Origin: Paraspadella gotoi
Lineage: Eukaryota; Animalia; Chaetognatha
Length of the DNA: 64,000 nt
Reading direction: 5' to 3'
NCBI GenBank assembly: GCA_051294375.1
Contig: CM119266.1
Coordinates: 19,107,657 to 19,171,656 of the forward strand
Shown piece after piece: positions 1-13,095 of the stretch (position 1 is its first letter; the number at the start of each line of letters is the position of its first letter). The translations under genes were made by a program, and so were the position numbers. Below the pieces are notes generated by a model. It had not been told where the DNA came from and searched no databases. It saw nothing but the letters and a program-made list of their open reading frames with translations.

Positions 1-19
1 TTTCCCCTTTTTTTTTTAG

Positions 20-814
20 GTCGGCATGATGGCTGCCCACTTGACAGGCGGGCATCCTCTAGATTCCTGCCGCGTCGCTCCTTACGTTAATCTTCCAACG
101 ATGCGAATGGCGGCGATGACGGGCGCCCCTGGCGGATTCGACCGCATCCCTCCTCATCATCCGGGTCTTTCTCTTCCTCCTCCGCCCGGTCACTTTGGTG
201 GCGGGATCTTCGGACCCGGCGGTCCGCCGCCGCCGCCACCGCCCCACTCTGGACACTACGATTCCGCCGCAGCCGCTCAACTTTTGGCGGCGGCGGCAGC
301 TGCTGCTGCGGCGTCCTCGTCGACAACGGCGTCGACTCCTCGAACGCCTCCTTCGCCGTCGATGGCGGGAAAACCTTCAGCGTCGTCGCCCGTAGGAGGC
401 GATTCCTCGTCATCGTCGGCGGCCTCATCGGCGGCCAACGCCAACATGGCCTTCACGCCGCCGATCGCCGCCACGGCGGGAAGTCCGCCCACTCCACTCG
501 CCGCTCATATGCCGCCGATTCCACCGCCACCGGGTCTGCTTCCTCCGGCTTCTGTCGCCGGTCTCCAGCATCCCTTCCAACTCCTCTACCCTCACTACGC
601 CAATGCCGCCGTCAATCTCGCCGCCGCCGCCGCCGCAGCGGCTAACAACGAAGGCGCGGCCACTGGTGGCGCCGGGGCTGGCGGCGGCGGAGGCGGCGGC
701 GGCGGAGGCGGCGGCAGCGGGTTCCAAACAAACAAATCAACATCGATCGCTGATCTGAGAATGAAGGCGAGAAAGCACGCGGCATCGCTGGGAATTGGAG
801 GCGTAGAAGGTTGA
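20..814 (+). CDS. shox: Terminal exon of a short-stature homeobox (Shox/Shox2) orthologue; the homeodomain exons lie upstream of the window
   Basis: Polypyrimidine tract plus AG at 1-19. The translation contains HPLDSCRVAPYVNL (SHOX post-homeodomain motif HLDACRVAPYVN) and ends in the OAR motif NKSTSIADLRMKARKHAASLG. Poly-Ala, poly-Pro and poly-Gly runs are typical of transcription factors. Stop at 812-814. Confidence 0.9.
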   Translation, partial: VGMMAAHLTGGHPLDSCRVAPYVNLPTMRMAAMTGAPGGFDRIPPHHPGLSLPPPPGHFGGGIFGPGGPPPPPPPHSGHYDSAAAAQLLAAAAAAAAASSSTTASTPRTPPSPSMAGKPSASSPVGGDSSSSSAASSAANANMAFTPPIAATAGSPPTPLAAHMPPIPPPPGLLPPASVAGLQHPFQLLYPHYANAAVNLAAAAAAAANNEGAATGGAGAGGGGGGGGGGGGSGFQTNKSTSIADLRMKARKHAASLGIGGVEG

Positions 815-910
815 GCGCGGATAGGATTTCATCCTCGTCGCTTAGTCATTTAGTCCGACATTTCATTGTCAATTATAAAGTTAAACGGGTAAATCGATTT
901 AATATTTATA

Positions 911-916
911 AATAAA
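911..916 (+). promoter_or_regulatory. Candidate polyadenylation signal of shox
   Basis: AATAAA about 100 nt after the stop codon. The AT-rich context makes a chance match possible. Confidence 0.35.
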
Positions 917-3481
917 CTACAACAACGACCTAAAATTTTACCTGAAATCAATTTCGACCTCCATATCTTGACAGAGGAGATGTATCAAGCTTGAATTCCA
1001 CGTCGTATTTTTTTTTCAGGAGATTCTCCAAATTCTTTTAACACTCCTCGTCATAATTTCAACTTGATTACAACAAATAACAATAAATTATTATTTCCTT
1101 GAAATATTACCCCTTGTTGACGATTTTTTTCTTAATTTTCCGAGACCTGTAAACAAATACTTTATGTTAGTGAACTGTTAAATAGTTTTATAAATAATTT
1201 ATTAGTTTTCGTAAATTAAATATTTCGTTTGATATGGAGATACCAATAACGTTACTGAGCTTAAATTGCTCAAACGTCGTCCTCTATTGCTATGATTTAC
1301 ATTGGTTAATATTTACGTTCTTAAATCTGATTGGACGGAGACCTTTGCTGATCCAATTATTGGTAGTATTCTGAAAGTGAAAGTCGTTTTTAATGTGGTC
1401 TATTTATAATTTAAAGAAGTATAAAAGGGCAGTAGACTGTTAAAGCTTTTAGGAGATTGCCCAGGAAAACATGTAGGTTAACTGATGAAATATTTGTAAC
1501 TCTTTGAAATGAATTTCTAATCATTGAAATTATTATGTTTTGTGACAGGCTTTGAGCCTCTATCTGTAGCTCTCCATCTCTCGGCTGCTCTTTATGTTCT
1601 CAATAGCGTCACTCTTGTTGCTGCATGAAGTCTGATTAACTATTTTATGCTAAAATTCTCTGGATTTGGATGATTCTTAAGTTTTTGAGAGTTGAAATGG
1701 CTTTCGCCCAGTGTAAAGCTACCAAGGTACAAATTAGGTTGAGCTAAGTGCTCAAACAATGTTTTTTTAGATACAATCTCGGCCACAGTGACTTGTTTAT
1801 AATTTGCCCCTATTGAATTATAGAGAATTAAATTCGTTCCGAAAATTAATTAATCGTTCTTATGGTTATTATAGGTTGATGATATAGCGTTTTTTTTAAA
1901 AAGTCGTAAGCAAACTTAAGAGTAGGTATTTTAGTATATAGATAAGTCTTCCGGCTTTCTTGGCCTTCTTTCCTCTCTATATGGTCTTTCACATCGTTTT
2001 TCTCTTCTTTTTTCTTTCTCCTCTCTGCCTTCCTTTCGAAGGTCGCACAAAAAGGGCGGTTCGGGCTGAGCAATGGAGATGGGCTTCTAATATTCTATTA
2101 ATTGCCGGTTTAGTTGAGCAAAACGTAAAATCTTCCTCCGGAGACTCGTGTATTTCGGGTTGGAATATCTCTCTCTTCTCTATCTCTCTCTCTCTCTTCT
2201 CTTGTGATCTCTCTTCTCTCTTTCCTTTCCTCTCTCTCTCTTCTCTCCTCCCTCTTAATTCTTTTTCTTCGAGTTTCTTCTTATTTTCTTTTCTTTCCGC
2301 AATCTCTACAATCCAGTATTTTCCGATCCCTCTGTTTCTCTCTCACTCTCTCTCTCTCACTTCTCTCTCCTCTTTTTATTTCTTTTCGGTTTCAGTGTTC
2401 TTATTTTCCTTTTTCTTTCTCCGATATTTCCCGATCCACTCTCTCTCTCCCACTCCTTGCAATCGCATAAAAACGCCTCCATCTTTTCTTCTCATGATTT
2501 ACGAATGAAATTCATTTCTTTCGCTTGTGTAGCAATCTTGGCCAAAACTGTTTTGGTCATAATCTCCCAAGCGAACCCTTGGCTAACGCAGCCAAGCATA
2601 GTTCGCTATCCTCTCTGTACTTGGGAGATTTAGCAAATGATGTGAGGCCGATTAAACAATGTTTAAACATCCATTACCTCAAACTTAGAGCCTTCATTCT
2701 TTTCGATTCAAAAACCCAAAAGTGAAATTAATGAGAAGAAAAGAATAAGAAAATCCAATATTAAGAAAGAATTAGAAAGCGAAGAAGAAAAGAAGGCAGG
2801 ATGAAGGAGGGAGCGATTCTAAAAAAAAGAGAGAGAGCAAAGAGAAGGCAGGATGAAGGAGGGAGCGATTCTGAAAGGGCTGACCTTTAAAAAGGATCAA
2901 CACGAGTCAAGTTTTCGAAATGGGATACATTTGTCATAATATCATAAAACGGTTAGGGAAAGAGATATAAGAAGAAAAAGGAGGAAGTATTTCGAGCTTC
3001 GAGTAGAAAAAGGAAAGGCTGGAGCGGCGGGAGCGGCAGAAGCCGAGACAGCATCCGCAGCAGCCGAGACAGCAGCCGATAAGGGACCAAAACACTATCG
3101 TTTTGACGTAGATTAAATGGAATCAAACAACCCGGTGGAGCCGACGGAAGCTACGCCGCAAATACCATTCGCCAAATTTCCTTCTCCCCGCAAATATTCG
3201 TGAACGGAAAAAGGAATGATGAAAATATAAACAGAGAGAGAGAGTGAGAGAGAGAGAGAGAGAGAGGAAACTGCTTGTCAGAGGGTTACGCGTATAGAGA
3301 TAAAAAGTAATGATGAAAATATAAACAAAGCTAAGTGACTTAGCGAGAGCTTTCAGCGGAAAAACTATTTTTTGAATCTAAATGAAATATTAAAATTAGT
3401 TTTGTCCAATTACATGCACAAGGCAGATTATGCATCATCATTTATAAACTTATTCACAAAATAACTGTTTCATCATAAAAA

Positions 3482-3513
<32 letters not shown>

Positions 3514-3541
3514 TACGTCACAAAGAAGCCTGGCCTTAACA

Positions 3542-3583
3542 TTATAGAGCCAGGACCTGGCGAAGCCTGTCCTGGCTCGATAA
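3542..3583. repeat. Short palindrome/hairpin with a GCGAAGC loop
   Basis: GAGCCAGGAC (3547-3556) and GTCCTGGCTC (3569-3578) form a perfect 10-bp stem, with TTAT/ATAA outer arms and GCGAAGC in the centre. Confidence 0.7.
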
Positions 3584-3804
3584 AAATAATGACGGTTATA
3601 TCAAGTAATTTTTTTTTTCATTCTGGGGAAAGTCTAAAATTGTATTTTTATAATTTTTTTCTGAAACTTAAAAAAATATTTAAAGAATCATTTGTAAAAA
3701 AATCAAACATACTATAGGGCTCTACGGGTAATAGGCTAATGGCCCAATACTATTATTTCACAATATTAGATTGCAACAGTGCCGAAAGCACAATTTCTGC
3801 TGTT

Positions 3805-4406
3805 AATTGGATACCAAAGTAAAAAGCCTAGGGTATGAACGATTTATTAAGGGTTAATGAGACCAAAGTGTAGCTAAAAATCTAAATGACTATCAAAAAC
3901 CGTTTTAGTACTACATTTTTTTTTAAATGAAAGTCTTGCCAAGTGGCAACTCCTCTCGTTTCCTTTAAAAACATCTCAACTTTTTTTTTCTCTCTCCTCT
4001 CTCCAACATTTCCCGACTTCAATGAGACACTTTGAGTTACGTCAATGGCGCGTGACGCAATCCGTGACGCGGTCAGAATCAACGCCGTTGACGCGCAGCC
4101 CTCGTCACCGAGTGGTCGACGAGTTAACCACGGCTCAGCGTAACCCGCTGACTTGTTACACCGAAGGTCGTTAGCATCGCGAACTCGGTGGTGACATGAC
4201 CGAAGAGGGGATGGGGTTCAGGGGAGGGATGTAATTGGAAAAAGGTGGAGGAAGGGATGTAAATGGAACTCAAGGGGAAAGAGGGGAGAGGAGACCTTGG
4301 GTTTATGACCGTAAAAGAAAAGTAAAGTCCGGAAGGGTCGGTAGTCCTCGCGGAAGGGCAGAGAGTGAAAGGGTGAAACAATGCGAATGGAGGAGGAGGG
4401 AGGGAG

Positions 4407-4445
<39 letters not shown>

Positions 4446-5112
4446 GAGAGAGACGAGAGCGGGGGGGTCNNNNNNNNNNNNNNNNNNNNNNNNNGGGAGA
4501 AGATTATTGGATACAAAGTTAAAAAGCTGTGGTATGCAATGCGATTCTATTAAGGGTTAATGAGACCAAGTGCAGCTAAAAAATCTAATGACTATCAAAA
4601 CCGTTTAGTATACTACATTTTTTTAAAAATGAAATGTCTGCCAAGTGGCAACTCCTCTCGGTTCCTTTAAAACATCTCAACTTTTTTTTTTCTCTTCTCT
4701 CTCAACATTTCCCGACTTCATGAGACACTTTGAGTTACGTCAATGGCGGCGTGACGCAATCCGTGACGCGGTCAGAATCAACGCCGTTGACGCAAGCCCC
4801 TCGTCACCGAGTGGTCGACGAGTTAACCAACGGCTCAGCGTCACCCCGCTGACTTGTTACAGCCGAAGGTCGTTAGCATCGCGAACTCGGTGGTGACATG
4901 ACCGAAGAGGGGATGGGGTTCAGGGGAGGGATGTAATTGGAAAAAGGTGGAGGAAGGGATGTAAATGGAACTCAAGGGGGAAGAGGGCGAGAAAGAGTCC
5001 TTGGTTTTATGACGTGAAAGAAAGTAAAGTCCGGAAGGGTCGGAGTCCTCGCGGAAAGGGCAGAGAGTGAAAGGGTGAAACAATGCGAATTGGAGGAGGG
5101 AGGGGAGGGAGG

Positions 5113-5194
<82 letters not shown>

Positions 5195-5210
5195 CGAGGG
5201 GGGGGAACGC
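3805..5210. repeat. Near-identical tandem duplication (about 665 bp twice) across a 25-N gap; probably an assembly overlap
   Basis: About 3805-4469 is repeated at about 4505-5210 with scattered single-base indels. The gap 4470-4494 is exactly 25 N. Confidence 0.8.
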
Positions 5211-5590
5211 AAAGTGAGAAAAGAGGCAGGGAAGTCGGAAAAGAGAGAGAGAGAGAGAGAGACAGAGAGAGAGAGAGAGGGAGCAGAGAGAATAAAGAGA
5301 GGGAAACGCGAAAGTGAGGAAGGCGAGAAAAGAGGAGGGAAGTTGGAAAAAGGTCTTTAGGTCACGAGATGATGGGATACGATTACCAGATAAGGAATCT
5401 GATGGCGGGAAAGGAAAGTCCGATGAGAAAAGGGCAAGATTCATAATTTGTCTGTTCGGATCAACCTTAGAAGATAACGTCATGTCATGTCATGTCATGT
5501 CAAGAAAGGGTCAAATATGATCTCAAAATCTCAATTTTGTTAATTACATTAGAGAAAGTGGGAAAAGGAAAGAGAAATTGAAACGGAGGA

Positions 5591-5636
<46 letters not shown>

Positions 5637-5789
5637 AGAGAGAGAGAGACGAGGAGAGAGGAGAGTTAACCCTCGTTCTGTCTCCGTGACAGGCATCAAG
5701 GGTCAGGATCTAGGATTTATTTGGATTAAATCCTTCTCTCCGTCGGTGGCGAGGTCAGCTTAACGCTGGCGGGAAACCAGTCAAATGTG

Positions 5790-6290
5790 GGACGCAACAC
5801 TGCCAGTGAAAAAAAGGATGGATTAGTCGGCGAAAAACTAATGTTGGACCACACTGCAATGAAAAATAGGGGATAAGTTCGGCGGAAAACTAGAAATATT
5901 GAAGGGCGAACTTGACACCACACTGGCCAGTGAAAAAAGAGGATGGATGAGTCGGGCGAAAACTAAGTGTTGGCACACACTGCCAATCCGAAAAATAGGG
6001 GATGGATAGTGGCGAAACTAAATGAGGACCACACTGCCATCGAAAAAAGGGATGGATAGTGGCAAACTAATGGGGGACCGACACTGCCATGTAAAAAAGG
6101 ATGGATAGTCGGCGAAACTAATGCGGAGGACCGAACACTGCCAGTGAAAAAAGGGATGGATAGTCGGCAAAAGACTAATGTGGGACCACACTGCAAGGAT
6201 GAAAAATAGGGATGGATAGTTGGCGAAAAACTAATGAAGGGACCACACTGCCAGTGAAAAAAAGGGATGGATAGTCGGTGAAAACTACAT
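5790..6290. repeat. Minisatellite, unit about 58-60 bp, 8-9 copies
   Basis: Recurring GGACCACACTGCCAGTGAAAAAAGGGATGGATAGTCGGCGAAAACTAATG-like unit with indel noise. Confidence 0.9.
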
Positions 6291-6698
6291 AGTTGGTGAT
6301 TGGTGAAAGGACCTCGAAATATGTTGGCGACCTTTCCCAACTACGTAAAGGACTTGTCTGCTTAATCTATGTCTTTTAAGAAAATAAGCCTTTCAACGAA
6401 ATTGATCCGTTGTGGTAATTTCTCTTTAAAAATTGCTAAGTCCTTTAGTTCCATTCTGCTTTAAGCGCATTTAACTCCTGAAAACATTTTTTCTTGTTTT
6501 TAATAAAAAATTTAAAAAATAAATCGGCGACATGGTACATCATTTCTTAGATAATTATTTTATAATTATCATGGTTTTCCTAAAGCTAACCCGGTAAAGA
6601 ATGACGGCTTACATTTAAATTGTATTATGTTTTTCTTTTTTTTTTTTTTAAATTTATTTACAATTTTGTTCAACTTTCTGCTTAATCAGTTTTGAGTG

Positions 6699-9522
6699 AT
6701 GGAGACAACAGCGACAACGATGTCAGAAACGACAATGACGGAGACGACGACGACTGCGACGGCGACAACGATGACAGACACGGCGCCGGAAACGCTGACA
6801 CCGACAATATCTTCACCATTGTCGACAATCGACGGAGAGATTTCGTCACAAATCAGTCTCGATCTCGACGTTGATACGGCGTCGAACGAGGAAGACCCGG
6901 CTGTAACTCGATTCCGCGAATATCTCCGCTGCGACTCTTCGCATCCAAACCCGGATTACACTTCCGCCGTGGAGTTTCTGAAGGGACAGGCGGACGAGAT
7001 CGGACTCCAATGCGACGTTTTATACCCGGGTGGGTAAGATTTTCATTCTGGTCATTGCATATTCCACAAGCTTAAGAAATGAATTGAGAGGAAGAGCGAG
7101 TAAGAGATAACTTTGTAAATCAGTATCACGCTTTTCTGTTTTTAAAGATATTTTTTAATTGATTTATAATGTCAATTAAAAACATTAGCCGGAGAACCCA
7201 TTGTTCTTATGCACTGGAAAGGAAGCGATCCGTCAAAAGAATCCATTTTGCTAAACTCACACATGGACGTCGTAGCGGGTGAGTGATGGTTAGTGAGTGT
7301 CTGATAGTGATCGTAGCTGGTAAGTGATAACTACAAGCTCGGAGCTACTGCTCAGTAGGGTGGAGTGNNNNNNNNNNGTCAGCGACCTCCATCACTACCA
7401 CATTTATTTACAGATTGAGTTTTTTTCTGCTTTGATTGAGTTTCCTTGTTTTTGTAATTTACTTAAATTAATAATAGATTGTCCGTTAAGGAAGTGAATT
7501 AAATGTTTTTTTAATTGAACATTTTTCAAATAGTTTACCCCGAATTTTGGACTTACAATCCTTGGGAGGCCGTAAAGACTCCTGATGGAATGATCTATGC
7601 CCGGGGGGCGCAGGTAGATTTTTTCCCGCTTCTCTTCGTAGTAATTTACTAAAAAATACGACAACCTTCATAACTCAGGACATGAAGAGCATCGGAATGC
7701 AGCATCTAGAAGCGGTTCGTCGACTCAAAGCCTGCGGCAAGAAACTCCCTCGAACGGTCGTTCTTAGTTTCGTGCCGGACGAAGAGATCGGCGGCTTTAA
7801 AGNNNNNNNNNNNNNNNNNNNNNNNNNNNNNNNNNNNNNNNNNNNNNNNNNNNNNNNNNNNNNNNNNNNNNNNNNNNNNNNNNNNNNNNNNNNNNNNNNN
7901 NNNNNNNNNNNNNNNNNNNNNNNNNNNNNNNNNNNNNNNNNNNNNNNNNNNNNNNNNNNNNNNNNNNNNNNNNNNNNNNNNNNNNNNNNNNNNNNGCGAC
8001 CGCCTTCGCCTTCGACAGGAATGAAAGCTCTTATCGAATCCGGAGCCCTGGAGCCATTCAACATCGCCTTCTCTTTGGACGAAGCTTCAGTCGCAGGTTC
8101 GACAAGCTAGAATCTTTTCTAAAGTCAGTTCAATCATCTGCACCTCAAGAAATAAACTGTTTTTCAAATGCTTAAGGTAAATACTACTACTACTAAATAG
8201 TAAATACGACAGCGACTGAAAAAAATGTGTAAAATTGAAACGTTTCTCTTTTTTTTTTCAAATAAGGAAAAGGGAAATTTTTGTCGCGGATTTTTTACGC
8301 GGAACGAGTCCCTTTTCAGTTCGAGGCCATTATTACTGGAACCCCTGGGCACGCTGCCGCCTTCATCAGAAACACAGCGGCGGGTGAGTTAGCCTGAAGA
8401 ATAAGGGAAGGGTAAGGAAGAGAGAATAGATTTTAAAACGATACAAAGTCACTTACCATATCCCTCGTAGTTTGTCAACTCTTCGCGCATTTTTTTTTCG
8501 AAACAGACCCAATTTTGTTTTTTATTCAGAAAAATTCCGTCGTTTGCTGAATTCGCTCTTGGATTTTCGCGCCAAACAAGAAACGGTGCTGAGACGAAAC
8601 CCCCGACTTCGACTCTGCGACGTGTCGACTGTCAACTTCACCAAAGTCAACGGTTCGGATTTTCGATCTTTCGCTCTTTCCACGATTCCCGCCTCTTCTC
8701 ACTCTCGGGATCCTTTATCAGGCGGGGTCCAGACCAACGTGGTTCCCTCGGAGCTCACGGCCACCTTCGACGTCAGGATCTCGCCTCGACACAGTCTTCA
8801 GGATTTCGAGAAGCAGCTCCAAAGTTGGATCACTCACGCAGGGGAAGGTCGAGTCTTGTGCGGAGTACTAAAAGAAAATTTGTGGTAATCACAGAAAATA
8901 TGTGTCTATTTGTCATATTAAGAGGAAATATGTGATTATTGGTCATATTAAAAGGAAATTTGCTTGGTCCACATTGTATTGTGGCATCTGACACATTTTT
9001 TTCCTATTGTTGCAACCAATATTATTTTATTTTTTCAGGAATTCGCGTAAATTACCTCAACAAGAGCGACAATATGGTTTGTGTAATTTTTTATTTTCTT
9101 TTTTTTATTATTATTTTTTTATATCTTTAAAATTCATCTGTAAATATGATGGGCTCACTATGTTGATTGTAGTCGAAATCGGACGTGAGCCCGGATGCGA
9201 AATGGTGGTCAGCATTGTCTAACTCATTGACAGAAATTGGAGTGACTCATCAACCGGGAATCGGCGCCGGAATCACTGACAGCAGATACCTGAGGTTATC
9301 TATAGGGGAATAATATTATTAAATTTTAATCATAAGGCACGACTAATTCGTAAGCCCCAACCAATTCACAGAGAGATCGGCGTCCAGGCCTTCGGATTTT
9401 CCGCCAATCACGATACGCAGCCTCTCGCCCACGCCCACGACGAGTGCCTTCACGAGAGCGTCTTTTTGAGAGGCATCGACATCTTCGAACGAGTCGTAGA
9501 AGACATGGCCAGCGTCAAATGA
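6699..9522 (+). CDS. ACY1: Aminoacylase-1 (N-acyl-L-amino acid amidohydrolase, peptidase family M20A), 11 exons
   Basis: Phase-consistent GT-AG exons: 6699-7029, 7189-7278, 7534-7613, 7679-~7802 (runs into a gap), 8019-8096, 8267-8383, 8530-8652, 8722-8847, 9039-9076, 9173-9294, 9372-9522. Motifs: [85 protein letters not shown]. All Zn-ligand and catalytic positions are present. Confidence 0.95.
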
Positions 9523-11437
9523 AGTGGATCGTCTCTAAAGTGTATGGTGCATCGCCTGCATCGCCTGCATCAAAGGAACGATTACAAGAATTCTTTGTAA
9601 TGATAAGACGAAAGAATAATCACTTTTATCTAAATGAATAATTTTAAGCTTTTTTTTTAAATGTCAAAGTATAGTTTCAGATTTAGATTTAGATTTAAAA
9701 TAGATTTAAAACAAAGGATCAAATAATTCCTGACCAACCAATCGCTCTTTGCCACGAAAANNNNNNNNNNNNNNNNNNNNNNNNNNNNNNNNNNNNNNNN
9801 NNNNNNNNNNNNNNNNNNNNNNNNNNNNNNNNNNNNNNNNNNNNNNNNNNNNNNNNNNNNNNNNNNNNNNNNNNNNNNNNNNNNNNNNNNNNNNNNNNNN
9901 NNNNNNNNNNNNNNNNNNNNNNNNNNNNNNNNNNNNNNNNNNNNNNNNNNNNNNNNNNNNNNNNNNNNNNNNNNNNNNNNNNNNNNNNNNAGGAGGAGGA
10001 GGAAGAGGCGGGCGGCGAAATTGCTTTGTGAGAATTTGGGCGAAAAACAGGAGACAGATTGGATTTGATGTTTTGCACCCTGGATAGAGAGGGAGAGAGT
10101 AGAAAGAGAGGGAGAGAGTGGATAGAGAGGGAGAGAGTGAGAGGAGGTAGGAAGAAGAAAGAGAAGGTTGAGATGGTTGGAATTAGGAGGGAAGAGGAGA
10201 TGGAAAGGGAATATGGTACAATAGAAAATATATTAAACGAGAATTTAGAATAGAATAATTATAATTAGAAAAAGGTTCAATAACGAAAAAAAAACCAAAT
10301 ATTATATGAACTATGCCGCTTAAACCTCGTGATCGCATTTTACTTTTTAAAAAAAGAAGGAAAGAAATCGTGTTTAACTTTTGGACAAAATTTCGTTGTT
10401 GTTTCAAAAAGCAAAACCAAGAATTAAAGCTGCTTAAATATTCAGTGAAATCCTGAATTCAAAACAGAAAAAANNNNNNNNNNNNNNNNNNNNNNNNNNN
10501 NNNNNNNNNNNNNNNNNNNNNNNNNNNNNNNNNNNNNNNNNNNNNNNNNNNNNNNNNNNNNNNNNNNNNNNNNNNNNNNNNNNNNNNNNNNNNNNNNNNN
10601 NNNNNNNNNNNNNNNNNNNNNNNNNNNNNNNNNNNNNNNNNNNNNNNNNNNNNNNNNNNNNNNNNNNNNNNNNNNNNNNNNNNNAGAGAGACGTCTAAGT
10701 GGGCGTGACGACTTGAAACTCGGGAACGGATCAGGTCCTAATTGACTCTGGGCGTTTTTTCCCGTGATGTACTTAGCTGAATTTGTTGCTAATGAATAAT
10801 TTCGGCGACGAGACTCTCCGACTTGCGACCACGCCTTCCCTGTCGCTTAACGCTGAAAAATGCGGTAATTGTCTTTTACCTTCATTCTTTTCTCTCTGTC
10901 TTTGTCNNNNNNNNNNNNNNNNNNNNNNNNNNNNNNNNNNNNNNNNNNNNNNNNNNNNNNNNNNNNNNNNNNNNNNNNNNNNNNNNNNNNNNNNNNNNNN
11001 NNNNNNNNNNNNNNNNNNNNNNNNNNNNNNNNNNNNNNNNNNNNNNNNNNNNNNNNNNNNNNNNNNNNNNNNNNNNCTCTCTCTCTCTCTCTTTCTCACG
11101 CAGAAGTTCATTTTAAACTGAATGATCGGAAAGAACAAATTTATCTTTCATAAGAAAAGCAAAAAACAAAAATGGCGACTGATATTTAACTCTCTACTCA
11201 CACTAGCAATTTCGTTTTATTCAGTTAAAAAATAAGTAAAAAGCCCAGACTTCAACTGTACCAAAGCAAAAATAAAAAGTATTTCCTTAAAGTTAAATTC
11301 ATCAGACGACTTCACGCCAGTTTTTTTTAAAATATATTATGTATTTTATTCCTTCTTTTCATCCGAAAAATTGCTTTTCTTTTTTTTTTTTTCACTTTTC
11401 ACATTTCATTCCGTCGTCGTAAAGGAAAGAATTTTAC

Positions 11438-11468
<31 letters not shown>

Positions 11469-12329
11469 NNNNNNNNNNNNNNNNNNNNNNNNNNNNNNNN
11501 NNNNNNNNNNNNNNNNNNNNNNNNNNNNNNNNNNNNNNNNNNNNNNNNNNNNNNNNNNNNNNNNNNNNNNNNNNNNNNNNNNNNNNNNNNNNNNNNNNNN
11601 NNNNNNNNNNNNNNNNNNNNNNNNNNNNNNNNNNNNNNNNNNNNNNNNNNNNNNNNNNNNNNNNNNNNNNNNNNNNNNNNNNNNNNNNNNNNNNNNNNNN
11701 NNNNNNNNNNNNNNNNNNNNNNNNNNNNNNNNNNNNNNNNNNNNNNNNNNNNNNNNNNNNNNNNNNNNNNNNNNNNNNNNNNNNNNNNNNNNNNNNNNNC
11801 ATTGGAGGGGAATAAATGTGACTAGGAATTAGATGTCAAAGGAGAAAAGATTACGAAAACTGTCCCAGCGTTCACTGCCTTGTTTGGCTCCCTATAAACT
11901 CGGGATTGAATGGAGCCGAGAGAGGAAANNNNNNNNNNNNNNNNNNNNNNNNNNNNNNNNNNNNNNNNNNNNNNNNNNNNNNNNNNNNNNNNNNNNNNNN
12001 NNNNNNNNNNNNNNNNNNNNNNNNNNNNNNNNNNNNNNNNNNNNNNNNNNNNNNNNNNNNNNNNNNNNNNCTCCCTCTGCCACCCAACCCCCCCTCCTCT
12101 CCTTTCCTTTCCTTTGCACCCAAAACCCCTCCCTATCTCTCTTTAAAAAGGAGGGGAGGGAGGGGTTTGGGTGCAAAGGGAGGAAAAAAGGAGGGAAATG
12201 GAGGAAAGGAAAGAGACTGAGTGACTGAATAAGAAAAGAATAAGGATATTTAGTGAATTCAAGACGCGGAGAGACGGAGAAATATTCCTCGATATAACAG
12301 TTAATAGTTAATAGTTAAGTTCTTTTATA

Positions 12330-12505
12330 CAATTGAAATATTCTGTGAAACGTTATACCACTTCATTGATAAGAAAACTTTTACTTTTGGAGAGATTGTG
12401 AAATAGTATTGATTGAAGGCTTGCAGGGACCTGCTATGTTGTTATCTTGTAAGAGTGATGGAGGGATTAGCCCACCTTAGCCACGGGCAAGATTATAAAT
12501 AAATT
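12330..12505 (+). mobile_element. Dispersed repeat of about 180-210 bp, probable LINE/SINE 3' end (copy 1 of 5)
   Basis: Shares TTGATTGAA..TTGCAGGGACCTGCTATGT...TCTTGTAAGAGTGATGGAGG...CCACC...GGGCAAGAT and an A-rich tail with the other four copies. Confidence 0.7.
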
Positions 12506-13063
12506 AAGTTAGTTTTTATATTTTTTATATTGGTTGTACTAATTTCATAAATACAAGAAACCAAGTAAATTCATCAGGTTTTTATTGAAAAAAAAAATGT
12601 TTTATTTCAATTTTTTATAATCGAAAGATGCTTAAAGCTTAAATCATCAATGCAGCGATTTAAACTGTTCATACCGTTAATTAAAGTGACTGTACTTCGT
12701 TCCATTCGCTATTTTAAAATTCTTACTCATTCTGTTCTCCGGTTCTGTCCTATCGGTTACATATAGATTTTTCGATACGATTTTTCGATTAAATTAAATT
12801 AAAACATTTTAAATACACTCAGATCATTCCCAAATTCTTAAAACTTGTAAACCTCGCATTTCTGTATCTACTTTTCTTAAATATATTAAGACTAAGCATT
12901 CATATTTCTTTTTTATTTGTATATAATATATCCTATTCAGAGTGTTAATTTCTATGCTCACCTCAAAACGAGATCCCAAGCGCAAAGTCAAAGTTCATCA
13001 CCCTCGCTCCTCCCATGAATCGAAACGCCTTATCGAGTCAGAGACGATCGGAAGAATCGAGGA

Positions 13064-13095
<32 letters not shown>

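Noticed and set aside
1960-2508. Long hydrophobic ORF, and the many SLSLSL, RERERE and poly-R/D/T ORFs across the window
   Set aside because: They are translations of (CT)n/(AG)n/(GAC)n microsatellites with no splice or homology support.
3805-5210. Apparent recent tandem duplication
   Set aside because: The copies differ mainly by single-base indels and meet at an exact 25-N gap. The same gap size recurs at 16868, 20966 and 40322, which fits long-read gap-filling overlap better than biology.
5790-6290. CRISPR-like regular repeats (also 21590-22010, 28570-29000, 40350-40735, 47325-47800)
   Set aside because: Whole units repeat with no unique spacers, there are no cas genes and the context is eukaryotic. 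These are minisatellites.
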